DNA of 64,000 bases, taken from the NCBI GenBank assembly GCA_050633245.1, contig JBOEGD010000007.1, forward strand, positions 187,624 through 251,623, written 5' to 3'. The notes under the pieces are model-generated. The model made no database searches and was not told the DNA's origin. It saw only the letters and a list, made by a program, of their open reading frames with translations. Within the stretch, counting starts at the first letter, position 1. Each line of letters begins with the position of its first letter. Positions 1-9,564 of the stretch are shown here, in pieces. Origin of the DNA: Calditrichia bacterium (GTDB lineage: Bacteria; Calditrichota; Calditrichia; RBG-13-44-9; J075). A program made the position numbers and the translations under genes.

Positions 1-29
1 CGTGGGTTCGAATCCCACTCTCTCCGCCA
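1..29 (+). tRNA. 3' fragment of a tRNA, probably tRNA-Ser (truncated by window edge)
   Basis: T-arm GTGGG-TTCGAAT-CCCAC, acceptor 3' strand TCTCTCC, discriminator G and encoded CCA. A CUCUCC-G-CCA end is typical of tRNA-Ser. The anticodon is outside the window. Confidence 0.85.
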
Positions 30-30
30 G

Positions 31-59
31 AAAAGCCCGCCCAAAAAGCGGGCTTTTTT
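31..59 (+). terminator. Intrinsic terminator after tRNA
   Basis: AAAAGCCCGC-ccaaaaa-GCGGGCTTTT hairpin running into a T-tract. Confidence 0.85.
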
Positions 60-78
60 CTTAACCAGGTGATGCGAA

Positions 79-1536
79 ATGCGTGATCGAAAACTTTGGG
101 CGCTATTTACCCTTGCTTTAGTTCTACGTTTTGTTAACCTATCCTCAGAAAGCCTTTGGCTGGATGAAGGCCTCTCGGTAAGGCTTGCATCGATGTCGCT
201 GCAAGATATTAATAGTATCGGACTGCAAACAGACCACAATCCCCCCCTCTATTTATATTTGCTGCATTTTTGGATAAATCTTTTCGGCAATAGTGAGTTT
301 GCCGTAAGAAGCCTTTCCGCAGTATTAAACGTAGCCTGTGTGCCTGTTCTATGGTTTTTGGGTAAACAGATGTTCAGTGACAGGGCCGTGTTTATTGGCA
401 CCCTGATTTTTGCCCTCTCCCCTTTTCAAATTTACTATGCTCAGGAAACACGAGCCTATAGCCTACTTTGCTTTACTTCTTTAACCGCCACTTTGGCATT
501 TGCCTATATCCACTATGGAAGACCTGCAACTCGTCATATCCTGATCTTCATAACTCTCGTGCTTCTGCTCTACAGCCATATTTATGGCTGGTTTACCCTG
601 CTTCTCCTGAACATTTGGTTTTTTTACGACAGAAGTAGACTACTTTCTGCTCGCACATGGATTTTGTTACAAACTGCGGCATTCATTGCATACCTGCCGT
701 ACGCCCTAATTCTTGTAGAGTTGGTAATGTCAGCTCAACAGGGTTACTGGATTAAACAACCAGGTCTAATCCAACTCGCCTCAACACCTGTCTATTTCTC
801 CGGCTCAATGTGGGCTTTCATAATTTTAGGGTTAGGTTTTTGTTATGGTATCTATTCTTACCTGAATTGGGAAGTAAAACTTTGGGGGATCAAAGTACAA
901 ATTATGTATCTCAGCGTCTGGATGGCAATACCAATTCTCGTCCCTTTCTTGTTATCTCAGATACTCTCACCATTTTTTTTACCGCGATATGCTATAGCCG
1001 CCAGCCCCGCATGGTGTATGCTTATGGCTTTTGGTATTCATTACATCCCCAAGGAGAAGAACCTGCAATCTTTTGCATTGGCATTTATGACGTTCTGTAT
1101 GCTCTCGATTAATGTAGATCATGCCAATGCGACAATGAGAGAGCCCTGGCGGGAAGCCCTGCAGGATCTTAAGACAGCGTCCAATCAAGAAACGATATTT
1201 GTAGGCTCAGCATTCTGTATTGATGAGATGTTTGGATATTATTGGCCTGACTGTAATACGGCGGTAGGCCTTGAGAGAAAAACTTTTTCGGAAGATATTC
1301 GAGGTGGGCTAGACAATGTTGATGAAAATGAATCCGCTTGGTTTGTCTCATCTCATTTTGAGGGGCACGAAGATAATGCGCTCAAACAGTTGAACAAACG
1401 ATTCAAAACGCAGAACTTTCGCGACTACTTCTACAAGGATTTGTACAATAGAAAAATTCGCTCTATTCGTATTTTCAAGCTCCAACCACGTCGATTGGAT
1501 TCATCCAATCGACAAACAAACCCAATCGGACAGTAA
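79..1536 (+). CDS. GT-C fold membrane glycosyltransferase (PMT_2/ArnT-like, GT39/83-type)
   Basis: LWLDE acidic motif after TM1, HNPPLY, 'EFAVRSLSA' and 'QETRAY' motifs, many hydrophobic helices. Confidence 0.8.
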   Translation: MRDRKLWALFTLALVLRFVNLSSESLWLDEGLSVRLASMSLQDINSIGLQTDHNPPLYLYLLHFWINLFGNSEFAVRSLSAVLNVACVPVLWFLGKQMFSDRAVFIGTLIFALSPFQIYYAQETRAYSLLCFTSLTATLAFAYIHYGRPATRHILIFITLVLLLYSHIYGWFTLLLLNIWFFYDRSRLLSARTWILLQTAAFIAYLPYALILVELVMSAQQGYWIKQPGLIQLASTPVYFSGSMWAFIILGLGFCYGIYSYLNWEVKLWGIKVQIMYLSVWMAIPILVPFLLSQILSPFFLPRYAIAASPAWCMLMAFGIHYIPKEKNLQSFALAFMTFCMLSINVDHANATMREPWREALQDLKTASNQETIFVGSAFCIDEMFGYYWPDCNTAVGLERKTFSEDIRGGLDNVDENESAWFVSSHFEGHEDNALKQLNKRFKTQNFRDYFYKDLYNRKIRSIRIFKLQPRRLDSSNRQTNPIGQ

Positions 1537-1537
1537 A

Positions 1538-2557
1538 TTAGTCTACCGTCCAGGTGTTTCCAGTGATAAACAGGTCTTTTAGATCTCCTCGGCCCTTTTG
1601 CTTTGTCACATCCGCAACCTGCTGATGCAATAAGTCTTCATAGGTTGGGCGCTCAATCTGATGAAAAACACCTACCGGCGTTGGCAATGCAGGATCTTCA
1701 GACATACGGGTTAGCATATACGGATAAATATCACTATCCGTTCGAGTGCTGTGCCTGTGAACCCGATCAGCCTCGTCATCAGTAACCTCTATAGACTCGA
1801 GTGCAAGGCCATTCATACGAACGCCCTTAGACCTTTCGTTTCCATATATCAGCGGCTCACCATCTTCCAGATAAAGTAGATAGTTCAGCTTGTTTTCCGG
1901 ATCGGTGAGATGCTTAAAGGCACCGTCGTTAAAGATATTACAGTTCTGATAGACTTCAACAAAAGACGTGCCTTTATGTGCTGCCGCCTTGCGAAAAGTC
2001 TCAGCCATATGTTTTGTATCGCGATCTACTGTTCTCGCAACAAATCCGGCCCCCGCGCTCAATACCAACGAGAGTGGATTAAACGGTGTATCCAGCGAAC
2101 CGTAGGGCGTGGTCTTCGTTACCTTTCCAACCGGCGAGGTTGGTGAATACTGCCCCTTGGTTAAACCATAGATCTGATTATTAAACAAAATAATGTTAAC
2201 GTCTACATTACGTCGGCAGATGTGCATCAAATGGTTTCCGCCAATACTTAAACTATCCCCGTCTCCGGTTATCATAAAAACTGTCAGTTCGGGGTTTGCA
2301 ACCTTAACTCCGGTTGCTACGGCAGGAGCACGTCCATGAATGGTGTGCAATCCATACGTATTCAAATAATATGGGAAACGACTTGCACAACCGATTCCGG
2401 AAACAAACACGACATTCTCGCGCTCTACGCCAAGGTCGGGTAATATTTTCTTCATTTGTGCCAGAATAGCATAATCACCACACCCGGGACACCAGCGCAC
2501 GTCTTGATCTGAAGCGAAATTTACTTTCGGTGAACGCGTTTTTATTGTATCAGACAT
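1538..2557 (-). CDS. korB: 2-oxoacid:ferredoxin oxidoreductase beta subunit
   Basis: WCPGCGD, SGIGC, HTIHGRA, GDGD TPP-binding motif, NNQIYGLTKGQYSPT. Substrate specificity is not provable from sequence. Confidence 0.9.
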   Translation of the reverse strand: MSDTIKTRSPKVNFASDQDVRWCPGCGDYAILAQMKKILPDLGVERENVVFVSGIGCASRFPYYLNTYGLHTIHGRAPAVATGVKVANPELTVFMITGDGDSLSIGGNHLMHICRRNVDVNIILFNNQIYGLTKGQYSPTSPVGKVTKTTPYGSLDTPFNPLSLVLSAGAGFVARTVDRDTKHMAETFRKAAAHKGTSFVEVYQNCNIFNDGAFKHLTDPENKLNYLLYLEDGEPLIYGNERSKGVRMNGLALESIEVTDDEADRVHRHSTRTDSDIYPYMLTRMSEDPALPTPVGVFHQIERPTYEDLLHQQVADVTKQKGRGDLKDLFITGNTWTVD

Positions 2558-2568
2558 ATAGTATTCCT

Positions 2569-4395
2569 CTATTCACAAAGTTCTTTAATAGCCGCTTTTA
2601 GCTCGGCAACCTGTAGTGGTTGTCCCTTTACCCTGTTAAAACCAATGGCATCTATCAGGAAACGGCTGCGCAACAGGCCAAGAAGCTGCCCTGAATTTAT
2701 CTCAGGAACAATTACATTCTTGAACTTAGGCAGAATGTCTTTCAGGTTCTTGGGCAGAGGGTTTACCCAGCGCAAATGAAAATAAGATACACTTTTCCCC
2801 TCATTTTGTAATTCTTGAACAGCAGTGATTACCGCTCCATGCGTACTCCCCCATGAAACAACCAGAACATCACCCTCCTCATTCCCTTTTACTTCCGGTA
2901 GCTCTACAAAATCTCCAACTCGTTCCACTTTTTCTGCACGAACTTCCGTCATGTGATGATGATTTTCAGGATCGTAAGATACATTTCCACTACCATCTTC
3001 TTTCTCAAGCCCGCCAAGGCGATGTTCGGTTCCGGGCATGCCGGGATTGGCCCAGCTACGCCCAAGAGTTTTCTCATCTCGTTGATAGGGCATGAACGGT
3101 TCGCTCTTGACGATCGCGGAAGATTTTATTTGGGGCAGCTTATCGGCATCCGGGATTTTCCAGGGTTCGGCACCATTGGCCAAATAGGCATCGGAAAGTA
3201 CGATGACCGGAGTCATAAATTTCAGCGCTACCTGAACCGCTTCAAAGGCCGCCCAAAAACAATCTGCAGGACTGCTGGCAGCAACAATGGGTAGTGGCGC
3301 TTCACCATTGCGACCATATAGAGATTGCAGTAAGTCAGTCTGTTCCGTTTTCGTCGGCATCCCGGTACTTGGTCCTGCACGCATAATATTTAGAATGACC
3401 AGCGGTAATTCGGTCATTGCAGCATATCCGGCAAACTCAGCCTTCAACGCCATTCCCGGCCCACTGGTTGCCGTAACACCAATATCACCACAGAACGAGG
3501 CGCCTATTGCCGCTCCAATCGCCGCAATTTCGTCTTCTGCCTGAAAGCTCTTCACACCAAAATTTTTGTGCAGAGACATGTATTGAAGCACATCGCTTGC
3601 AGGTGTAATTGGATAGCTTCCGTAGAATACCGACCGACTTGCTTTTTCACCAGCAGCGACCAGCCCGATAGAAAGTGCTTCATTGCCGGTAATCTGACGG
3701 TAGATTCCAGCCTCAATTTTTGCTTGGGGCACGCGATAGGAGGCGGGGAAAACTTCAGTAGAATCAGCAAAATTTCGTCCTGCCTTAAGTGCAAGGCTAT
3801 TTGCCTTCAGCCATTCAGGTTTTTTGGAGAATTTCGATTCAATCCACTGTAGCGTATTGTCGAGTGAACGGGTATACATCCAGAAGACCATACCGAGCGC
3901 AAAAAAGTTTTTGCAGCGTTCTTTTTCTTTATGACTAAGCTCGAGTTCTTCAAGAGCATCTTTGGTTAGGCGGCTCATTTCGACTGGTATGACCTGATAG
4001 CCATCGAGGTAATTGGAATCCAGCGGATTGTCTTCAAAACCTGCCATGCGAAGATTTCTGGAACTAAACGCATCTGTATTGACGATAATGGAACCGTTCT
4101 CGCGCAGGTACCTAAGACTCGCCTTCAGTGCTGCCGGATTCATCGCTACCAACACATCGGCCATATCGCCCGGGGTGTGGATCATTTCGCTACTAAATTG
4201 AATCTGGAAACCTGATACGCCATAAAGGGTTCCGGCAGGCGCGCGAATTTCTGCGGGGAAATCGGGAAGTGTGCTAATGTCGTTATTTGCAAGTGCAGCG
4301 GCTCGCGTAAACTGATTACCCGTAAGCTGCATTCCGTCACCGGAATCACCTGCAAAACGGATTGTTACGCGTTCGAGTTGTATATTCTTTTTCAT
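2569..4395 (-). CDS. korA: 2-oxoacid:ferredoxin oxidoreductase alpha subunit (gamma-alpha fusion)
   Basis: AGDSGDG, YPITPAS, QAEDEIAA, TSGPG and RAGPSTGMPTK motifs; adjacent to the beta subunit. Confidence 0.9.
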   Translation of the reverse strand: MKKNIQLERVTIRFAGDSGDGMQLTGNQFTRAAALANNDISTLPDFPAEIRAPAGTLYGVSGFQIQFSSEMIHTPGDMADVLVAMNPAALKASLRYLRENGSIIVNTDAFSSRNLRMAGFEDNPLDSNYLDGYQVIPVEMSRLTKDALEELELSHKEKERCKNFFALGMVFWMYTRSLDNTLQWIESKFSKKPEWLKANSLALKAGRNFADSTEVFPASYRVPQAKIEAGIYRQITGNEALSIGLVAAGEKASRSVFYGSYPITPASDVLQYMSLHKNFGVKSFQAEDEIAAIGAAIGASFCGDIGVTATSGPGMALKAEFAGYAAMTELPLVILNIMRAGPSTGMPTKTEQTDLLQSLYGRNGEAPLPIVAASSPADCFWAAFEAVQVALKFMTPVIVLSDAYLANGAEPWKIPDADKLPQIKSSAIVKSEPFMPYQRDEKTLGRSWANPGMPGTEHRLGGLEKEDGSGNVSYDPENHHHMTEVRAEKVERVGDFVELPEVKGNEEGDVLVVSWGSTHGAVITAVQELQNEGKSVSYFHLRWVNPLPKNLKDILPKFKNVIVPEINSGQLLGLLRSRFLIDAIGFNRVKGQPLQVAELKAAIKELCE

Positions 4396-4693
4396 TAAAA
4401 CCCCTCGTACAATGAAGCATTAATTGTCTCCATATGAGCATAATAAAAATTACCCTAATTAGCAACTAGAGCTGCAAATATAAGCGGTGTTTTGGAGGTG
4501 TTTTAAATCGTGGTGTTGAAGGGTGGATTTACTGCAAGAAAAAGGAGAACTTCAAAACTATAGGACATAGATGAAGGATAACGAAACAATTTCTTGGATT
4601 CGCATCCTATATCTCATAGGAAGTAAAATACTATTTTTTTGCTAAGAACGGGAATAAAAGCGCGAGTTTACAAAAGATGTTTCAAGTGAAAAG

Positions 4694-4942
4694 TTATTCT
4701 TTTCCACCCGATGTATCTTTTTTGAAAATTTGCGCCGCTTTTTTTACATCATCTGATGTGGCTGCGGTGGCTCGCTGATTTTCCTGCTTAATGCGCTCAT
4801 ATACCTCTTCACGAAAAATCGTGATATCCCTGGGAGCCTCAATACCGATCTTGACCTGCTTACCATCTATGTCAACAACCGTAATCTTAATATTGTCACC
4901 AATATTAATAGACTCGCCCAACCTCCTTGTTAAAACTAGCAT
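4694..4942 (-). CDS. csrA: Carbon storage regulator CsrA
   Basis: [23 protein letters not shown]...[14 protein letters not shown], with the long C-terminal extension seen in FliW-type CsrA. Confidence 0.97.
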   Translation of the reverse strand: MLVLTRRLGESINIGDNIKITVVDIDGKQVKIGIEAPRDITIFREEVYERIKQENQRATAATSDDVKKAAQIFKKDTSGGKE

Positions 4943-5181
4943 AGGTTCTACCTCTTGCTTTAAATGTGCCTAACAATATAAAGAACTAAGAAAATAATGT
5001 CAATAGCGACTCATGAAATAAAATTTGCCGTAATGATAGAATATATATGAGCTTAAAAGAATTGTCCAATGTGAGTGGACGAAAATATATTAACAATTAT
5101 TGATAGGAATCAAGAATTATTTTATAAGAAAATAAATTTTGGTTTACTTGTTTCAGAACTTCTCAAATCAAAAATAGGCAT

Positions 5182-5219
5182 AAAAAAAGGCTACCTGCTG
5201 AAGCCTCAGCAGGTAGCCT
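5182..5219 (-). terminator. Intrinsic terminator of dnaK-grpE
   Basis: AGGCTACCTGCTGA/TCAGCAGGTAGCCT 14-bp stem with a T-tract on the - strand. Confidence 0.9.
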
Positions 5220-5247
5220 GAAATAAAAAGGTGAAGATGATACGCTT

Positions 5248-5940
5248 TTATTCTTCCGAGCGGCCAATAACTACCTTACTCGGACGCAGAAGTTTTTCAT
5301 TCAAAGTAAAACCTTCCTGAAAGACCTCTACTACTCTATCCTTATCCTCTTCTTTTTCTACCGGCTTCATCATTACAGCCTCGTGTAGAAGCGGATCGAA
5401 GGTTTTACCAAGCGCATTGATTCTCTTAACGCCCTCTTTTTCCAGAATGCGCTGAAAGTTTTCGAATATCATTCCAGCTCCTTCCAGCACGCCACCTTCA
5501 TTCTCGGTAGATCCCGATTTTTCGAGCATCATCTTAAAGTCATCAAGAACCGGCAATATTTGCATCAAAATATTTTTCTTCAAATACTCCGCCAGTTCAA
5601 TCTGCTCACGCTCTATGCGCTTTTTATAGTTTGCAAATTCAGCGCGAAGCCGTAGGTTTTGCTCTTCTAAGGACTTGATAATTGCAGCCACGTCAACATC
5701 GCTCGCCGACTGTTCTTCTTCTGCCTTTGTTTCAGCAATTACTTCATCTACAACTTTAACCTCAACCCGTGGTGCGGCTTTCGGTTTCGCTTCAGCAGCC
5801 ACCGGTTCTTCAACAGACGGCGTCTCTACTACCGGTGTTTCAACAGGTTCGTCTGCAAAATCGCCGTCACGTGGTTCCGGTCTATCGTTTGTAACTACAG
5901 GCTGATCTTCAGCCTTGTTTACGTCTTGGGACTTCTCCAT
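5248..5940 (-). CDS. grpE: Nucleotide exchange factor GrpE with long acidic/Pro-rich N-terminus
   Basis: LRLRAEFANYKKR, FDPLLHEAV, GFTLNEKLLRPSKVVI. Start moved to ATG 5940 (GAGGT RBS); the ORF track starts at 5985. Confidence 0.93.
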   Translation of the reverse strand: MEKSQDVNKAEDQPVVTNDRPEPRDGDFADEPVETPVVETPSVEEPVAAEAKPKAAPRVEVKVVDEVIAETKAEEEQSASDVDVAAIIKSLEEQNLRLRAEFANYKKRIEREQIELAEYLKKNILMQILPVLDDFKMMLEKSGSTENEGGVLEGAGMIFENFQRILEKEGVKRINALGKTFDPLLHEAVMMKPVEKEEDKDRVVEVFQEGFTLNEKLLRPSKVVIGRSEE

Positions 5941-5998
5941 TCTCTCTATTACCTCATTTTCAAAATTGTTGTCTGTCAGGAACATACATTCTTTTTAG

Positions 5999-6026
5999 GT
6001 TAAGCAGCCGTTGCCGACTGCTTAAC
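5999..6026 (-). other. Intergenic hairpin between dnaK and grpE
   Basis: GTTAAGCAG...CTGCTTAAC inverted repeat; possible stabiliser or partial terminator. Confidence 0.5.
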
Positions 6027-6036
6027 TTTGGGAATA

Positions 6037-7950
6037 CTAAGCGTCTTTCTTTCCCTGATCATCATCAACAACTTCAAAGTCCGCTTCTTCAACACTGTCA
6101 CCCTGAGGTGCGTTGGGTGCTTGCCCATCGGCTGGAGCTCCGGCACCACCGGCCTGAGAATACATGTTGGAAGAGGCCTGTGACCATACCTGATTCAGGG
6201 CTTCGGTGGCAGAACGGATCTCTTCGATATTATCCGTCTTATTTGCTTCCTGGAGGCGACTAAGAGCCGCTTCGATTTTACCTTTGGTATCATCATCGAT
6301 CTTATCGCCATTTTCGCTGAGATTCTTCTCAGTTTGATATGCCAGATTATCACCAGCATTCCGGGCATCGACCATATCGCGACGTTTGCGATCTTCTGCG
6401 GCATTTTCCTTGGCGTTCTTAACCATGGTTTCAATTTCTTCCTCACTAAGTCCACTACTGGCCTCAATGCGGATCTTCTGCTCCTTACCGCTGGCAAGGT
6501 CCTTCGCAGCTACGTTCAGGATACCATTGGCATCGATATCGAAGGTTACTTCAATCTTCGGAACACCACGTGGTGCCGGCGGAATACCATCGAGGATGAA
6601 GCGCCCCAGCGTGCGGTTATGCTCGGCAAGCTCGCGCTCTCCCTGAAGCACATGTACCTCAACCGAAGGCTGATTGTCCGCAGCGGTTGTAAATACCTCG
6701 CTCTTGCGCGTAGGAATTGTTGTGTTGCGCTCAATTAAACGTGTGGTCACGTTACCCAGAGTCTCAATTCCAAGCGAAAGTGGCGTAACGTCAAGCAAAA
6801 GAACGTCTTTTACTTCACCGGCAAGAACACCACCTTGAATAGCAGCACCAACAGCAACAACTTCATCGGCGTTAATACCCTTGTGCGGTTCTTTTCCAAA
6901 TGCTTCTTTAACCAACTGCTGAATACGAGGGATTCTGGTAGATCCACCTACGAGGATAACCTCATCGATATCAGTGGTTTTCAAACCTGCATCTTTCAGA
7001 GCCATCTTACATGGCGTAAGGGTCTTTTTCACCAGATCTTCAACCAACTGCTCGAACTTGGAGCGCGTGATGGTCATCTGAAGGTGCTTCGGGCCACTTG
7101 CATCAGCGGTGATAAATGGCAGGTTAATATCGGTTTGCAGCGTGCTACTCAGCTCGATCTTTGCCTTTTCAGCTGCTTCACGCAGACGCTGAAGAGCCAT
7201 CGGATCTTTACGAAGATCGATGCCGTGTTCTTTCTGGAACTCATCGGCAATAAAGTCTACAATACGATGATCAAAGTTATCACCACCGAGGTGCGTATCA
7301 CCATTGGTAGCCTTTACTTCGAATACACCATCACCAATTTCGAGGATCGAGATATCAAATGTTCCACCACCAAGATCATAAACGGCAATTTTCTGGTTAT
7401 TCTTTTTATCCAGTCCGTAAGACAGGGAAGCAGCCGTCGGCTCATTGATAATGCGCTTTACGTTTAGACCAGCGATCTCACCAGCTTCTTTGGTTGCTTT
7501 ACGCTGAGCATCGTTAAAGTATGCCGGAACGGTAATTACCGCATCGGTTACTTTATCACCGAGATAATCTTCAGCAGTCTGCTTCATCTTTTGCAGAATC
7601 ATTGCAGAGATTTCCTGAGGCGTGTAGTCTTTTCCATTTGCCTCGATAACGGCCAGGTTGTTCACACCATCTTTTACTTTATACGGGATGATTGTCGCTT
7701 CTTCATCAACTTCGTTTTTGCGGCGTCCCATAAAGCGCTTAATTGAATACACTGTATTCTGCGGATTGGTAATCATTTGACGTTTTGCGGGGGCACCAAC
7801 CAAAATTTCGCCTGACTTGGTAAAACCAACAATTGACGGGGTTGTGCGTGCACCTTCTGCGTTAGGGATTACAATCGGCTCCCCACCTTCCATAACCGAG
7901 ACAACGGAATTTGTGGTTCCAAGGTCAATACCTATTGTCTTCTTTGACAT
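6037..7950 (-). CDS. dnaK: Chaperone DnaK (Hsp70)
   Basis: [38 protein letters not shown]; strong AGGAGG RBS. Confidence 0.99.
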   Translation of the reverse strand: MSKKTIGIDLGTTNSVVSVMEGGEPIVIPNAEGARTTPSIVGFTKSGEILVGAPAKRQMITNPQNTVYSIKRFMGRRKNEVDEEATIIPYKVKDGVNNLAVIEANGKDYTPQEISAMILQKMKQTAEDYLGDKVTDAVITVPAYFNDAQRKATKEAGEIAGLNVKRIINEPTAASLSYGLDKKNNQKIAVYDLGGGTFDISILEIGDGVFEVKATNGDTHLGGDNFDHRIVDFIADEFQKEHGIDLRKDPMALQRLREAAEKAKIELSSTLQTDINLPFITADASGPKHLQMTITRSKFEQLVEDLVKKTLTPCKMALKDAGLKTTDIDEVILVGGSTRIPRIQQLVKEAFGKEPHKGINADEVVAVGAAIQGGVLAGEVKDVLLLDVTPLSLGIETLGNVTTRLIERNTTIPTRKSEVFTTAADNQPSVEVHVLQGERELAEHNRTLGRFILDGIPPAPRGVPKIEVTFDIDANGILNVAAKDLASGKEQKIRIEASSGLSEEEIETMVKNAKENAAEDRKRRDMVDARNAGDNLAYQTEKNLSENGDKIDDDTKGKIEAALSRLQEANKTDNIEEIRSATEALNQVWSQASSNMYSQAGGAGAPADGQAPNAPQGDSVEEADFEVVDDDQGKKDA

Positions 7951-8084
7951 ATCGCTATGCCCTCCTTTTACTGTGAATGCTTAATACAAATTTGTTTTCT
8001 TTTTCAGTAAATACGTCCGCAATTCAGTCGTTATGGCAGATTTTTGCGCCGTTCCGTAGCGAATTCGTATTCTAGGCCCTAATT

Positions 8085-8102
8085 AGACAAGAATAATGCC
8101 AA
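8085..8102 (-). promoter_or_regulatory. Possible sigma54-like (-24/-12) promoter of dnaK
   Basis: The - strand reads TTGGCATTATTCTTGTCT, i.e. GG-N10-GT, one deviation from GG-N10-GC. Confidence 0.35.
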
Positions 8103-8142
8103 AAAACCTACTTCACCATAAATTCAATAAAAACAACAATAT

Positions 8143-8184
8143 AAAAAACCCCGTATTTTTTGCCGATATGACAAAGAATACGGG
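8143..8184 (-). terminator. Probable terminator after pyrC
   Basis: CCCGTATT...AATACGGG stem followed by a T-tract on the - strand. Confidence 0.6.
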
Positions 8185-8232
8185 ACTTCGTGCCAGTTTG
8201 CCAACTTGTCTGACAGGTTGGCAATTTTGGTA

Positions 8233-9564
8233 TTACAGCTGCGAGAAGAAGAGCTTACCGCGATTAATTACCGCATAAGGCTTCCCCTGCATTGTGGAAT
8301 CGATAAACGGCGAGTTTTTGCTCTTGGAAAGGCTCGCAGCCGCTTTAAACGTCCACTCTTCTTCAGGGTCAAAGATCGTAATATTGGCTGCTACACCACT
8401 GGAAATCGCCGGTACCGGAAGGCGCAGGATACGATATGGGTTTATTGCAAACTTCTGAATCATCGTTTTCAAATCGATAACATCCTTGTTTACCAGCTGA
8501 GTTTGCGTTAGCCCCATTGCCGTTTCGAGCCCGGTAATACCAAAAGGTGCATAGATAAACTCGGATGCTTTCTCTTCCCAGGAGTGCGGCGCATGATCGG
8601 TGGCAATAACTTCGATCGTATTATCGCGCAGACCCTCCTTAATAGCCTCAACATCCTCTGCCGTTCTCAGAGGCGGGTGCATCTTGGTGTTGGTATCATA
8701 ACCACGAACGGCCTCATCAGTCAGGGTAAAATGATGTGGACAGGCTTCTGCCGTCACGTTGATACCGCGAGCCTTCGCCTGACGAACCAAATCGACGGCT
8801 TTCCCGGAGGAGATATGAGCAACGTGGAAACGCCCTCCGGAATACTCCGCCAGCATAATGTCGCGGGCAATCATAATGTCTTCTGCAACGGTAGGAATGC
8901 CACCCAATCCAAGACAGGTAGACACAAAGCCTTCGTTCATGTGCCCGTCGATTGTCATGGTATTGTCTTCCTCATGTCCAATAACCGGAATATCAACCAT
9001 GCTACAGTATTCCAGAGCACGACGCATCAACTCGGAGTTCATTACCGGATCACCGTCATCAGATACCGCCACGGCTCCTTGCTCAACCAAATCCAAAATT
9101 TCGGAAAGTTCCTTCCCTTCGCGGTTCTTGGAAATCGTTGCAATTGGATGGACATCGACAAGCAGCTCGCGAGCGCGATCTTTTATGTATTGAATGATCT
9201 CCTGGCTATCGATGGCCGGAGTTGTATTCGGCATACAGCACACCGTGGTAAATCCACCATTAGCCGCAGCGTAACAACCGCTTTCAACCGTTTCCTTATC
9301 TTCTCTGCCAGGCTCACGTAAGTGCACATGCATGTCTATCCAGCCCGGGCTGACAACCTTGCCATTCAGCTGGAGCACTTCTCCGTCGAAGCCCTTCGTA
9401 TCGATCGAGTCTACGGCAGTAATTTTACCATCTTCGATGAGCACATCGAGCTGTTTATCAAAACTGTTTTCCGGATCGACAATACGCCCACCTTTTAACA
9501 ACAGTTTTCCCGGTAGCTCTTGAAATTTGCCATTCTGTTGTTTTATATCACTAGTTAATTTCAC
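8233..9564 (-). CDS. pyrC: Dihydroorotase (type I)
   Basis: DMHVHLREPG, CCMPNT, ATDHAPH, PFGITGLET; directly follows pyrB. Confidence 0.95.
   Translation of the reverse strand: MKLTSDIKQQNGKFQELPGKLLLKGGRIVDPENSFDKQLDVLIEDGKITAVDSIDTKGFDGEVLQLNGKVVSPGWIDMHVHLREPGREDKETVESGCYAAANGGFTTVCCMPNTTPAIDSQEIIQYIKDRARELLVDVHPIATISKNREGKELSEILDLVEQGAVAVSDDGDPVMNSELMRRALEYCSMVDIPVIGHEEDNTMTIDGHMNEGFVSTCLGLGGIPTVAEDIMIARDIMLAEYSGGRFHVAHISSGKAVDLVRQAKARGINVTAEACPHHFTLTDEAVRGYDTNTKMHPPLRTAEDVEAIKEGLRDNTIEVIATDHAPHSWEEKASEFIYAPFGITGLETAMGLTQTQLVNKDVIDLKTMIQKFAINPYRILRLPVPAISSGVAANITIFDPEEEWTFKAAASLSKSKNSPFIDSTMQGKPYAVINRGKLFFSQL

Noticed and set aside
4960-5180. AT-rich stretch upstream of csrA as an origin or foreign DNA
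   Set aside because: I saw no DnaA-box cluster or mobile-element ends; it is consistent with an ordinary promoter region.
6835-7467. 210-aa + strand ORF antisense to dnaK
   Set aside because: Long antisense ORFs are a well-known by-product of Hsp70 codon usage; no independent protein features.
8584-9321. 245-aa + strand ORF antisense to pyrC
   Set aside because: Shadow ORF of a conserved gene; no recognisable motifs.
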